A program made the position numbers and the translations under genes. This document shows, in pieces, positions 44,517 to 54,450 of a stretch of DNA of 64,000 nucleotides; position 1 is the stretch's first letter; every line of letters starts with the position of its first letter. Source of the DNA: Candidatus Iainarchaeum sp. (GTDB lineage Archaea > Iainarchaeota > Iainarchaeia > Iainarchaeales > UBA10219); assembly GCA_018304425.1 (NCBI GenBank), contig JAGVWE010000004.1, positions 187,189-251,188 on the forward strand. Direction: 5' to 3'. The notes beneath the pieces are model-generated. The model saw only the letters and a program-made list of their open reading frames with translations, was not told where the DNA came from and did not search any database.

Positions 44517-46946
44517 TCACGTGAACGCCCCCAACGAGGACTGCTTGCCGCCATGCACCAAGTCCTGCTCACTGTACCCCAGTTCCCGCATGATTTTGAT
44601 GACCGCCGGCACGACCTGGTTGTTGATGTAATACTCCGCGTCATAGTCTCCTTCCCGCACGAACTCCGCGAGCTCGGCTTTCTCGGAAATGGTTTTCCCC
44701 GACTTCGTGATGATGAATTCAAGCACCGAGCCGACCCCGATGTCCTTGCCCCGCTTGATGGCCTTCTCCGCGGCCGCCACATGCGGCGCCACCTGCTCGT
44801 ACTTTCCCACCGTGCGCCGCAACATCGTGTACATGAAGAGCTCCTCCTTCGGCACCCTTCCCTGCTTCAACCGCTCGATGGTCTCACGCACGACCTTCAC
44901 GGCCTTGTCCGGCTTCCCCTCCTTCAACACGGCCTCGATGACGCGCTTCTGCGTTTCCTTCGCAATCTGCGCCCAGTCTCTCCTCACGTACTCGAAGCCC
45001 ACGATGGTCAGGTTGCCCTCGAAGTCCATCAACGCATACTTCTTCTTCGCGGCACCGCCCTCCTTCTTCGTCACGAAGATGCCGCGCCGGTAATAGCCCT
45101 CGAACTCCAACTCCATGACGCCCGGCAACGCCTCGTTCACTTTTTTTGCGAATTTCTTTACGTCGTCTTCGCTTTTTTCCCGCGGCAAAATCAAAAATGC
45201 GCTGTCCGAATCGGCATATAGCGGCGTAAAACCATCGTTTTCGGCGGCTTGCAGCACTTCGTGCACATAGTGCCGGCCCCACGCGGTAACCGCCGTAGCG
45301 CACTCCCGCGAATACCAGCGGAACCGCGCATAGCCCAGCACGCCATAAAAAGAGTTCAACAAAATCTTCAGCGCCCACTGCCTGGCATACAGCACCTTGT
45401 ACTCGGTGGTATCTTTAGCCACCGCTTTCATTTGCTTTTGGATTTCAATGCGCTTGTTCAGGATGTCCTCCAAGAGGCTCGAGAAAAAGCCCTGTCGCTT
45501 GTCGCAAAACCAGTCTCCCGTCGGCGCCTTGTGCTTGTCAAGCCCCTTGCAGCAGGCGCAGTTCAGGGTGTCAGGCGAAATGTGGTGCGAGACAATGATG
45601 CTTGGATACATGGAGCGGAAGTCCAGCACCGCGATGTTCTCGTGCAGGCCCGGCACCGGGCTCTTGACGTAGCCGCCCTCGAAGCTCTTCTCCGCCCGCG
45701 CCTCGACCTCTTCTTCCCGGGGCTTGTTGGGAATCAACAGGTTGTTCCGGTAACTCTTGTCAATCAAGAGGTACTCGACGAGGATGCCGGTGCTGCTGCG
45801 GCTCACGTCGAACGCGGTCTGCTTGGTGAGCTTCGCCATCTCCACGGTCAACGGCAGGTAATCCCGTGCAATCCTCAAAGTATACGCCGCGTCCGCCAGA
45901 TTGTAGTCCGCGACCCGCTCCAGGCCCTTGCCGGAGTCCCAGGCCTGGTTGATTTCCTCCGGCTTGACCTTCTCCTTTTCCTCGCCATACAAGGCCTTCG
46001 CCACGGCCTCCAAGTCGAACTTGACGAGGTCCAGGACGCCCAGCCGCGCCAGCAACCGCACGATTTGGAAGGCGTCGACGTGCTGCCTTCCCCGCACCTT
46101 GACGGCCTTGTCCATGCCCTTCTGCCGGACCACGGGCTCACTGCCATCCGCGTTGACGTCGAACTTCAATCCCAGCCGCTGGCACCGCTCCTTCAGGTAC
46201 GGGAAGTCAAACGAGTCCCCATTGTACGTGACCACGATGTCCGGGTCCTTTTCCTTTATCTTGTCCACTAGGGCCTGGACCATGCCGCGTTCGTCGTCGA
46301 ACACCGTGACGTAATCGCGCTTGACTTTCTTCCCGAAAGTGAACACGTGCTGCTCGTCCGCGTCCGCGTAGGAAATCATGACAATGGCATCCCGTTTGGG
46401 GTCGGAAAACCGTCCCGGTGACAGGGTTTCCAGGTCAAAGCAGCACACCCGGAGCCGTTTCACGGCCTCGTCGCGTTCCCGGTCGCAGGCCACGCGCAAC
46501 GCCCTGTTTTCGGCATCCGCTTCCACCACGGCATAGCCCATGGGCTCCAGGCCCTTGTCAATCACGTAGCGCTTGGCGAACGGGATGTCGTACTCGCGGG
46601 TTTCCTTGACGCCGGCTGCCTTCCGTATCTCGCCGCGCACGAACGTCAGGTCCGAGGTGTTCTTGAAGGAGACCTTCAACGCGTTCCCGGCATTGGCTTT
46701 CTCCACGGCCTCGGCCTTCAAGAGCCTGACTTTCCGGTTGGCGTCCTGCCACTCCATGCCCTCCAACTCTTTCTTCCGCTTGGCCGCGTCATCGCAGAGC
46801 ACGTAAAAGTAGGGCCGGAAGTCCGGGTCGGTAAAGCACTCAATGCCTTTCCCGGTGCGCAAGAAGAGGCGGATGCAGGCCAGCCCCTGCTCGTCCTGGG
46901 TGGAGTCGATGTCGAGCAACAGCCCGGAAACCTTTCTCACGGCCAT
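44517..46946 (-). CDS. polB: Family B DNA polymerase
   Basis: FDLET, TYNGDSFDFPYL, DFRSMYPS, KILLNSFYG, YADSDS, KKKYA. Confidence 0.96.
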   Translation of the reverse strand: MAVRKVSGLLLDIDSTQDEQGLACIRLFLRTGKGIECFTDPDFRPYFYVLCDDAAKRKKELEGMEWQDANRKVRLLKAEAVEKANAGNALKVSFKNTSDLTFVRGEIRKAAGVKETREYDIPFAKRYVIDKGLEPMGYAVVEADAENRALRVACDRERDEAVKRLRVCCFDLETLSPGRFSDPKRDAIVMISYADADEQHVFTFGKKVKRDYVTVFDDERGMVQALVDKIKEKDPDIVVTYNGDSFDFPYLKERCQRLGLKFDVNADGSEPVVRQKGMDKAVKVRGRQHVDAFQIVRLLARLGVLDLVKFDLEAVAKALYGEEKEKVKPEEINQAWDSGKGLERVADYNLADAAYTLRIARDYLPLTVEMAKLTKQTAFDVSRSSTGILVEYLLIDKSYRNNLLIPNKPREEEVEARAEKSFEGGYVKSPVPGLHENIAVLDFRSMYPSIIVSHHISPDTLNCACCKGLDKHKAPTGDWFCDKRQGFFSSLLEDILNKRIEIQKQMKAVAKDTTEYKVLYARQWALKILLNSFYGVLGYARFRWYSRECATAVTAWGRHYVHEVLQAAENDGFTPLYADSDSAFLILPREKSEDDVKKFAKKVNEALPGVMELEFEGYYRRGIFVTKKEGGAAKKKYALMDFEGNLTIVGFEYVRRDWAQIAKETQKRVIEAVLKEGKPDKAVKVVRETIERLKQGRVPKEELFMYTMLRRTVGKYEQVAPHVAAAEKAIKRGKDIGVGSVLEFIITKSGKTISEKAELAEFVREGDYDAEYYINNQVVPAVIKIMRELGYSEQDLVHGGKQSSLGAFT

Positions 46947-47264
46947 ACCCAGCCATGAACCCAAAAAGGCTTTTAAGATAGCTTTTTAACCGCCTAGGCA
47001 CATTCAGTCTCTTACGGGCAAGACACGCAACGAGTTTCCATTGAACGCGGTTCCACCAGGCCAGTTCTCCAAACGCCGCAAGGCCGCCTTGAATCGCGCC
47101 ATGAAAAGTGGCAATGACTCTTGGCATGGAGAGCCGCGGCGTCCTCCGGTTGACTTGCCGGTATGCTTGCAATGCGGGCTTAGCCCTTTGGGAACACCCG
47201 TCTTTTCCGCTGCCAAACCCCGCAAACCTTTTAATTAACCTCGGCCCTAATGTAACCGGTTTCC

Positions 47265-47786
47265 ATGCCCACCCGCGAGCAACGACTGGCACAACGACAA
47301 GGCCCTTCCGGCTCCGCCCCCTCGCAGGGCGTCCCCCGCGGCCTCAACCCCCCGGTCTTTGACTCCGTTTCCCGGGACATCCGCGCCCTCAACTCCAGCA
47401 TCCTCATCATCACCCAGAAAATGAAGTTCCTGGTGCGCAACGAAAAAATCCTGGGCCGCAACGTGCTCGTGCTCAACAAGAAACTCAAGTCCCTCGAAGA
47501 CCACAGCGGGGCGGGAGCCAGCGTGGGCGGCGCTTCCACCCTCGAAATGCAGGGCATGGCCGACCGGTTCTCCACCGAGCTCTCGCGCCTCAACGAACGC
47601 CTCGCCTACCTCGAAAACGAGTTGCAGCGCGTCAAGGACACCTACGCCAAACTCGAACCGGTCCAGGAAATGAAGTACGTGGTCGACAGCATCAACCCCC
47701 TCGAGTTCGTCACTTACGCGGGCCTCGACAAGATCCTCGAAGAACGCCTCAACGCGCTCAAACAAAAAGCCGAAAAAAGGGTTTGA
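47265..47786 (+). CDS. Coiled-coil hypothetical protein
   Basis: Heptad-rich 173-aa ORF with genome-typical codon use. Confidence 0.75.
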   Translation: MPTREQRLAQRQGPSGSAPSQGVPRGLNPPVFDSVSRDIRALNSSILIITQKMKFLVRNEKILGRNVLVLNKKLKSLEDHSGAGASVGGASTLEMQGMADRFSTELSRLNERLAYLENELQRVKDTYAKLEPVQEMKYVVDSINPLEFVTYAGLDKILEERLNALKQKAEKRV

Positions 47787-47787
47787 C

Positions 47788-49335
47788 TCATCGCTCGCCG
47801 CACCGGCTCAGGCCCGGCCGCAACAGCACGCGGTAATTCTTCCGGCCCCGGAGGTTCAGGCCACAATCATCGCCTGCCACGATTTCCGCTCTCGCCTCCA
47901 CGTACTGGGCATACCCGGGTTTCAAGTCCATCTCCTTGTCCGCGCTCACGGCCACCCCGACTCCGTAGTCCGGCAGCTTCAAGAGGAGCTGCGTGATTTC
48001 GCCTGCAAGCGGGTCCGCGTTGCCGCGTTCCAGGAATTCCCTGGCCTCAGGCAACGCCACCCAGGCCCGCAACCCCGCACTCTCGCCCCGTGCCCGGTAG
48101 GCTTCCATCAGGCCCTTGAGCACGTTGTGCACCACCCAGGCCCTGGCCCGGTCATCCAGGCCCTGCAAGTGGATGAGGCTGGTCCGACCAACGGCCTTCA
48201 ACCAGTTCTTCGCGATTTCCTCGAAGTCGTTGGAGCCCACGAACAAGCCCTTGTACCGCGAGTCAATCACGGCCAGCACCCGCACCGCGTGATTGATTTT
48301 GGCTTCCGACAGCTTGTCGCTTGCCGCAAACGTTTTCACGCGCAAAATAAGGTCATCCAGGTTCTTGAGCTTGGCCCCGGCCGCGGCCAGCTTGACCAGG
48401 TCCTTGACCTCCTGTTCCACGACTCCAAAGGAGTCCAGCAAGTGATTCGAGTCCAACAGGTTGAGGTCCACGAAAAGGTTTTCAAGGGGCTTGAAGTGCC
48501 GGATTGGAAAGCCCATGGGCTCGGCTTCCCCTGAATCCGTTTTTCCGGCCGAGGCCATAGCCGAGGCCCCCATGGCCCCCGCGTCCTTGGCGGGTTCCGC
48601 GAGGCCGTCAAACTCCTGGCCCTCCGCGAACACCACGGCCGGCAGGTTGGACAACAAGGCGGACTCCAACAGCAAGTGGAGCACGTGCCTCCGCTCTCCC
48701 GGCTTTCCCCCCACTACCAGGGTCCGCGCAAAGAATTCCAGGGGCTCGGTTACCGGCAACCCGTTCATGGTGCGGCCCAGCCGCGCCTCGGCCTTGCCCT
48801 GCACGGCCACGGATTCCTCGCGGCCGGGCGCGGAATTTGAGGCAAGCAAGGGCACCATGAGTGGCTGGGAGAAGAAAACCCGTTGCACGCCGGCTTCGGC
48901 CTGGTGGAGTTCCACGAGCTTCAAGTCATAGCCTTTCGCGACGTCTTTCACGGTTTGCGCGGCCGCCGCCAGCCCCTGCAGGGCCTCGTCGAGGTCGCGC
49001 ACGAACTCCTCTTCCTTCCAAGGCACGTACACCGGTTGGGAGGCCAGCAACAGGAACTTCAGGGTCTGCCCCTGGCTTCCAGCCTGTCCGCGGTCGTGGC
49101 GCGCGACCACCAGGGCTTCGAGGGGAAGCTTGTAGAGGAAGTCCTCGGTGTCTCCGTCCGCGTGGAAGGCCTGGTACAAGTCCGCGACCGCGCCCACGAC
49201 CCGCTCGCCCTGTTTTTCGTAGACCAGGACCAGCAACACGCTCTGGGGATTCGAGTAGACCTCGATTTCATGGCCTTGGAGGGAGCCGTTGAACAACCGC
49301 TCCCACGGCCCATCCCGTAACTGGAATAACTGCAT
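47788..49335 (-). CDS. Hypothetical protein with degenerate HerA/FtsK-like ATPase domain
   Basis: RTLVVGGKPGERRHVLHLLLES..SNLPAVVF; WVALPEA; YGVGV; no Walker A GK[ST]. Confidence 0.65.
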   Translation of the reverse strand: MQLFQLRDGPWERLFNGSLQGHEIEVYSNPQSVLLVLVYEKQGERVVGAVADLYQAFHADGDTEDFLYKLPLEALVVARHDRGQAGSQGQTLKFLLLASQPVYVPWKEEEFVRDLDEALQGLAAAAQTVKDVAKGYDLKLVELHQAEAGVQRVFFSQPLMVPLLASNSAPGREESVAVQGKAEARLGRTMNGLPVTEPLEFFARTLVVGGKPGERRHVLHLLLESALLSNLPAVVFAEGQEFDGLAEPAKDAGAMGASAMASAGKTDSGEAEPMGFPIRHFKPLENLFVDLNLLDSNHLLDSFGVVEQEVKDLVKLAAAGAKLKNLDDLILRVKTFAASDKLSEAKINHAVRVLAVIDSRYKGLFVGSNDFEEIAKNWLKAVGRTSLIHLQGLDDRARAWVVHNVLKGLMEAYRARGESAGLRAWVALPEAREFLERGNADPLAGEITQLLLKLPDYGVGVAVSADKEMDLKPGYAQYVEARAEIVAGDDCGLNLRGRKNYRVLLRPGLSRCGER

Positions 49336-49415
49336 TCCCGGAACCCAGCCAATATATAGGCTTTATGTATTTATATATGTTTAATCATCCTTATACTGCC
49401 ATTTTGGTGCATTCC

Positions 49416-49901
49416 ATGGTTGACGCGCAAGTCGTGCAGGAAACCGTCAAGCGCATGCTGGACTCGGGCATCGACGTTCCAACCATCCGGCAGACCCTGG
49501 CCGACATCGGCTTAAGCGAAGCCGAAATCCAGCGCGTGCTGTCCCAAGCCAATGCTCCCGCCACAGCCCAACCCCAGGCGCCAGCCGAGCCCTCTCCGGA
49601 GAGCGTGCGGGATTCCCTGCTCGACGACCGCGAAGAAGAGGAGTTGCGGGAGACGACCGCGCACGCGGCCCTCGAAGAACAGGGCCTGAAACTCGATGAC
49701 CTGCACGGCAAAGTCGATTTGTTGCACGAGAAACTGGCTTCGCCTTCCCTTTCCCAGTCCGCCTTGGAAGCGCGCCTCAACCAGTTCGAGAAAGACCTCG
49801 GAGAGTTGAAGGCAGGCAGCAGGGCCCTGCAGGACCTGCTCAAAAAAATCCTGGAAACCAACCGCGAAACCCTGGCCCGGCTCGAACAACAAAAGAAATA
49901 A
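49416..49901 (+). CDS. Coiled-coil hypothetical protein
   Basis: N-terminal MLDSGID..TI..TL.DIGLS..EI, C-terminal heptads. Confidence 0.75.
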   Translation: MVDAQVVQETVKRMLDSGIDVPTIRQTLADIGLSEAEIQRVLSQANAPATAQPQAPAEPSPESVRDSLLDDREEEELRETTAHAALEEQGLKLDDLHGKVDLLHEKLASPSLSQSALEARLNQFEKDLGELKAGSRALQDLLKKILETNRETLARLEQQKK

Positions 49902-49950
49902 GTTTTAGGGGGATGCCAGGCAACCTTCCCATGGTTGTCGCTTGAGCGCC

Positions 49951-50787
49951 TTACTTGGCTGCCCCCAATGGTTCCTCGTCCGCGGGCTGTCTTTCGGTAG
50001 GCAAACCCGTCGTCGGCCCCTGCGGGCCCACGCCGCCAGGAGAAGGTTCTTCTCCGCCTTCTGTGATAGGCCCGGTTGGCCCTGGTCCTCCCGAGCTGGG
50101 TAAGGACCCCCCTGCGCCGCCGCATTCACATTTTCCGGGGTCGTCAAACCCTGACGCTAAACTATATGCACATTGTTTTCCAGCCGTCGCACAAGTATGC
50201 GTGTTACAAATCTGCACTCCTTTGAGTGCCTTAGCCCCTGCCCCCTTTTCTGCCCCTTCATTAAGAATTTTCTGTTTGTCTGCGGGGCTGAATGCACAAC
50301 CAGCATTGGGATTGCCGGAAGTGTTTGGGCCAGTCGGTGCATTTCCGCCGGACACGGGGGCTCCACCGCCTGACGGCGTGCTTGGCCCTGTAGGGCCTTG
50401 GCTGCCGCTTGACGGCGGGGTTCCTATCGGCGTGCAAACACAGTCATACGTGCACTCGACATGCACCTGGGTGTTGTGTGGGTTGCATACTGCCATTGTA
50501 AGCTCATAATTATCTGGCTTGCAATACTCGGTTGCCGTGTCCTTGCAGTTTAACTCTGCGTTTCTCTTGCATGCGGTGGTGTCGTTTTCTTCACTTATCC
50601 TTTTCTCTTCTGCCTCGCAGGCAGCCTCCCGTTGCTCAGGCGCTGTTCCAGGCGGCACTTTTACGGGCACCTCCCCAAAAGTTGACCTGCCTGTTTCAGT
50701 TGCCTTTCCTGCGATGGGCAAATTGCAGCCCGCCAACACAATCAAGGCGCTTAAGGCAAGAAGCAAGGCAAACCGGTTGAATTTCAT
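49951..50787 (-). CDS. Cys-rich predicted lipoprotein
   Basis: LSALIVLAGC lipobox; Cys modules with G/P/T linkers. Confidence 0.8.
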   Translation of the reverse strand: MKFNRFALLLALSALIVLAGCNLPIAGKATETGRSTFGEVPVKVPPGTAPEQREAACEAEEKRISEENDTTACKRNAELNCKDTATEYCKPDNYELTMAVCNPHNTQVHVECTYDCVCTPIGTPPSSGSQGPTGPSTPSGGGAPVSGGNAPTGPNTSGNPNAGCAFSPADKQKILNEGAEKGAGAKALKGVQICNTHTCATAGKQCAYSLASGFDDPGKCECGGAGGSLPSSGGPGPTGPITEGGEEPSPGGVGPQGPTTGLPTERQPADEEPLGAAK

Positions 50788-50823
50788 TAGCGGTCCTCAT
50801 ACCCATACTGTTCGTCGAACTAT

Positions 50824-51393
50824 TTAAAGCCGTGGGTCAGTGGCTTCCGTGCCCCTCGCCATGCCCGCCGCCGTGCGCCCCATGGGCGTCCCCGTGCCCT
50901 GCTCCCCCGCCTTCGGCCGCGGCCTCGGCTGCAGTTCCCCTTCGTGGCCGTGCACGTGCCCCATGTGGAACACTCTTTCCACCAGCCACTTCATGAGCCG
51001 GGTCGAGCCCGTGATGACGCGGCTGCCTAGGTACTTGCTCGTGTTCCTGTGCGTGTCATCCGCGTAGGGTTGCGCGGGGTTCATCTCGGTCGCGCCCTGC
51101 TTGCGGTTCCACCAGTATTCCGCGGTCTTGCCGCCAACGGCCTTCACCATGTCCGGCAACAATTCCGGGTCCGGGTGACTGCCATGCGCGCCCTCGAAGG
51201 CCGCGTATTCCCGTTCCACGTCTTCGCCCAGGCCATGGGCAAGGCCGCCCGTCGTCCTTCCCACGCGGTTCAGGACCGTGCCCAGCAAGCCGAAGGCCAG
51301 GACCGCGCCCAGCAGGGCCGCGACCCACAGGAAGTCAAGGTAGGTGGCAACCACGATGGCGAAGGCAATCAAGGAGAAGTGCAGGGGTCGCAT
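50824..51393 (-). CDS. Membrane-anchored hypothetical protein
   Basis: N-terminal TM hairpin; coupled to upstream genes. Confidence 0.7.
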   Translation of the reverse strand: MRPLHFSLIAFAIVVATYLDFLWVAALLGAVLAFGLLGTVLNRVGRTTGGLAHGLGEDVEREYAAFEGAHGSHPDPELLPDMVKAVGGKTAEYWWNRKQGATEMNPAQPYADDTHRNTSKYLGSRVITGSTRLMKWLVERVFHMGHVHGHEGELQPRPRPKAGEQGTGTPMGRTAAGMARGTEATDPRL

Positions 51394-51395
51394 GG

Positions 51396-51752
51396 TTACC
51401 CGCCCAGCCCGCCGAGGCCGCCGTAGCCACCCATGCCTCCCATGCCGCCCAGCATGTCGCCGTAGCCCATGTCCGGGGGATACATTTCGGGCTGCTGTTC
51501 TTTTTCCTTCAGGCCCAGGGCCAGGGAGACCACGATGAGGCCGAAGACGATGACCGGCCAGTAGGCGTTGATGTCCGCCGTCTTGGAGACGAAGTACAGC
51601 ACGCCGGCCGAAACCAGTATCATGAGGGCCATGGTCATGCTGCGCATGCCGAGGACAACGATGGCGATGACCGCGAATATCAGCCAGTTCTCGCCGAACT
51701 GGAAGGCCAGCATCAAGAGCATGAGGGCCACGAGGAAGGTGAAAGTGTCCAT
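51396..51752 (-). CDS. Small membrane protein with Gly/Met-rich tail
   Basis: Four hydrophobic segments, tail GGMGGMGGYGGLGGLGG. Confidence 0.75.
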   Translation of the reverse strand: MDTFTFLVALMLLMLAFQFGENWLIFAVIAIVVLGMRSMTMALMILVSAGVLYFVSKTADINAYWPVIVFGLIVVSLALGLKEKEQQPEMYPPDMGYGDMLGGMGGMGGYGGLGGLGG

Positions 51753-51756
51753 GGTC

Positions 51757-52017
51757 TCAGCCCTTGAATATCTGGACTTTTTCGAACAAGTCCTTGCCGA
51801 AGGTCGTGAACAGGAACAGCAGCACCGTCAGCCACACCAGTTCGCGGTAGGAGTAAACGGTCAAATAGGTGACGAGGAACGCGAACAACACGGCGAGCTT
51901 GGCGCTGCCCAGGGTTCCCTTGGCCCAGCTCAGCAGCCAGATGAAGAAGAACAGGATTAAGGCAATCTCGAGGTTTTCAAACAACCCGCCCCAGTAACTC
52001 AACAGAAACCCGGTCAT
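51757..52017 (-). CDS. Small membrane protein
   Basis: WLLSWAKGTLGSAKLAVLFA. Confidence 0.75.
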   Translation of the reverse strand: MTGFLLSYWGGLFENLEIALILFFFIWLLSWAKGTLGSAKLAVLFAFLVTYLTVYSYRELVWLTVLLFLFTTFGKDLFEKVQIFKG

Positions 52018-52051
52018 GTCATGCCCCTGTAATTGATAGGTTTGTCGGCCT

Positions 52052-52492
52052 TTAAATTACTTTGCCTGCCGTTTTCAGGGTGGCTATTATCTCGGCCGTA
52101 TCCAGCACAACTATCTTGCTTTGTCTCTTCAGGGCTTTGTCCTGGGACCACAGGGGGCATTGCTTGGCAAGTGCCAGCGCCATGTAAGGGACATCATTCG
52201 GGTCAGGGCTTAGTTTGTGCGCCTCTTCCGCGTACTGGGCATATTCGTTTTTCGGGATTTCCACGATTTTTGCCGCTTCAAAGATGTCCTCCATCTTCTT
52301 CGCTACAGCCGCTTTTTGCGTCTTGAGCCTGGTAGCTATTTCGCCCATGTATTTACGCAACTCGATCTTGGTGAATTCCGGAGTAAGAAGTTGGATGCCG
52401 ATGGCTTTGAGCAAGGCCTTCCGGGTGCCAGAATCCGCAAGCGTTGCCGCAATAAAGACGTTTGCGTCCACGACCAGCGTTTTCGGCAACAA
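52052..52492 (-). CDS. PIN-domain (VapC-like) toxin
   Basis: LVVDANVF, DPNDVPYMALAL, LWSQDKAL. Confidence 0.88.
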   Translation of the reverse strand: MLPKTLVVDANVFIAATLADSGTRKALLKAIGIQLLTPEFTKIELRKYMGEIATRLKTQKAAVAKKMEDIFEAAKIVEIPKNEYAQYAEEAHKLSPDPNDVPYMALALAKQCPLWSQDKALKRQSKIVVLDTAEIIATLKTAGKVI

Positions 52493-52505
52493 GAGAACTC
52501 CACCC

Positions 52506-52748
52506 TCAAACCCTGATACCGTGCCTTCGAGCCACTCCAGCTTTTATTTTCCGCCCGATTTCAATGACGTCTTCCTCAGTCAGGGAACTATGCTTCGTCA
52601 ACTCATCGAGTTCCTGCAAGAGTTTCAACCGCTTTATTCGGTCTTCAAGCAGGCACCGGGTTTCCTCGCTCCAGTTCACGCCGCGGATCCCGTGCATTTC
52701 CTTTTTCAGCGACGCCGGGATGGCCAGGGTCAGCGTAGTTTTGTTCAA
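52506..52748 (-). CDS. Putative antitoxin
   Basis: TLTLAIP..LKKEM....VNWSE..R; upstream palindrome CACTA-ATTA-TAGTG near 52762. Confidence 0.75.
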   Translation of the reverse strand: MNKTTLTLAIPASLKKEMHGIRGVNWSEETRCLLEDRIKRLKLLQELDELTKHSSLTEEDVIEIGRKIKAGVARRHGIRV

Positions 52749-52802
52749 GCGAACACCTCCACACTAATTATAGTGCGTTTAGTGTATTTAAGCTTTTGGC
52801 CC

Positions 52803-53135
52803 TCATTGCCCCGTCGCGGGGTTCCGCAGCCTGGTGCCGATGCCCCAGATTACCACGGAGAACACCTGGATGCTCAGCAGCAACTGGAACATGTAGGCGG
52901 AGGCGAAGACGAAGAACCACTTGAACACCAGGAAGTAGATGAGGATGGCCGCGATGACGATGGTCAGCGGCCCGTCTCCCAGGTAGCCGCGCACCGTGGT
53001 GTAAAGCATGAAGATGCTGATGACCTGGAAGATGATCTTGGCTTCGGGGATGAGTTCCATGATTAGGGGGGGAAGGACGATGATGAGCGGCACCGCGATG
53101 GCAATGAACAGCACGATGTTTCCTTTTTCGTTCAT
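52803..53135 (-). CDS. Small membrane protein
   Basis: LYTTVRGYLGDGPLTIVIAAILIYFLVF. Confidence 0.75.
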   Translation of the reverse strand: MNEKGNIVLFIAIAVPLIIVLPPLIMELIPEAKIIFQVISIFMLYTTVRGYLGDGPLTIVIAAILIYFLVFKWFFVFASAYMFQLLLSIQVFSVVIWGIGTRLRNPATGQ

Positions 53136-53147
53136 GGTTTTCCCTCT

Positions 53148-53555
53148 TTATCCTGGCATCATGGGCGGTGGCCGCGGCCTCGCCCCCAAGCCGGGGTGCG
53201 GGTGCCTCATGCCGTGCATGCGTTCCATGACGTCTTTCCCGGAGTCCACCGGGCTTCCCTGTTCTTCCTGGCCCTGCTGGGGCATTCCCTGGCTCTGGGT
53301 GACGAAGAAGAAGTCGATGATGATGGAGGCAAAGCCCAGCATGAACAGCATGTACAGCAGGTAAACGCCGCCGAACAATGCCCACAAATCGCTGAAAAAC
53401 ACGAAGTAACAGAAGCCCGCAATCAGGATGTAGGACAGTGCGCTCTTCCCCAGGTGCATGCGCGCCCACGAGACGATGGTCAGCAGAATGAATATCTTGA
53501 GGACGAAGTTGGCGTCCGCGAACATTTCCCCCAGGAAGCCAAGGAACGTCAGCAT
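53148..53555 (-). CDS. Small membrane protein
   Basis: IVSWARMHLGKSALSYILI; Q/P/M-rich tail. Confidence 0.75.
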   Translation of the reverse strand: MLTFLGFLGEMFADANFVLKIFILLTIVSWARMHLGKSALSYILIAGFCYFVFFSDLWALFGGVYLLYMLFMLGFASIIIDFFFVTQSQGMPQQGQEEQGSPVDSGKDVMERMHGMRHPHPGLGARPRPPPMMPG

Positions 53556-53677
53556 GCTACCTACAAAGCGCGAAGAGGTTAATAGCCTTCCCCGTTGCCC
53601 AACCCACACCAACCAATTACCCATTATTTCGGCAATCGACGAATAATTATATAAGCTGGTTGCGATCCATTCCCTGC

Positions 53678-54097
53678 ATGCAGCGGGTTTACCTGGACTC
53701 GAATGTATTTATTGCCGTCATCCGCGGGGACATGGGGAAACCGTTTAGGTTGATGTATCAGTTTTCCATGGATTTTTTGGTTCATTGCCAAGGGCGTTTC
53801 GAGGTCATTCTCTCCGATGTGACGTTAAAAGAAATCCGGTGTCATGCTTACTCTTCCCCGGAGGAAGCCTTGGCTTTGTTTGCAGAACACGGCATTCGGG
53901 TGACGCTGGTTGGTCCCGATGAATCCAACAAACGCAGGGCCAAGGAAATAGAATTGCTGGGCGTTCATTATCCGGATAGCCTGCACGTCGCATTGGCTTT
54001 GAGGTGGCAAGCCTGTGCGATTGTTACCTGGAACGTCAAGGACTTCGAGCCGGTACGCCACCTGATTGACGTGCGGGAACCGGCGGGTTTTGGTTGA
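53678..54097 (+). CDS. PIN-domain (VapC-like) protein
   Basis: VYLDSNVF, DSLHVALA, IVTWNVKDF. Confidence 0.88.
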   Translation: MQRVYLDSNVFIAVIRGDMGKPFRLMYQFSMDFLVHCQGRFEVILSDVTLKEIRCHAYSSPEEALALFAEHGIRVTLVGPDESNKRRAKEIELLGVHYPDSLHVALALRWQACAIVTWNVKDFEPVRHLIDVREPAGFG

Positions 54098-54099
54098 TT

Positions 54100-54375
54100 C
54101 TATAGCAGGCCTTTTTCCCGTAAGAGTTCGTCCGCCAACTGGGCTCGTTCTTCCCGGGTTGGAAACCGCCCGGTGAAGCCCCGTGCCCTGGCTTTTTCGG
54201 CCAGCTTTTGGAAGTCCCGCCGCATCCGCTCCCGCCGAACGGCCAGGACTTTTTCCCTGACCGCGTCCCGCACGAAGTCGTTGCGCGAGCTGTGCAGGCC
54301 CTCTGATTTCACGCATGCGTCGACTTCTTTGACCAGCTTGGGCTCCAGGGTGATGCAATACTGTTTCATGGCCAT
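54100..54375 (-). CDS. Ribbon-helix-helix (CopG-like) protein, probable antitoxin
   Basis: ITLEPKLVKEVD......SSRNDFVRDAVREK. Confidence 0.82.
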   Translation of the reverse strand: MAMKQYCITLEPKLVKEVDACVKSEGLHSSRNDFVRDAVREKVLAVRRERMRRDFQKLAEKARARGFTGRFPTREERAQLADELLREKGLL

Positions 54376-54450
54376 GATATTGATTACGGTATTGGTTTAT
54401 TTAAGCGTTTTGGTTGGCTGGCCGAAAGACAGGGGTTCCGGGGAAGCCGT

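Noticed and set aside
46965-47260. Possible RNase P or SRP RNA in the polB upstream gap (also 44340-44515)
   Set aside because: Conserved RNase P and SRP signature sequences not found by eye
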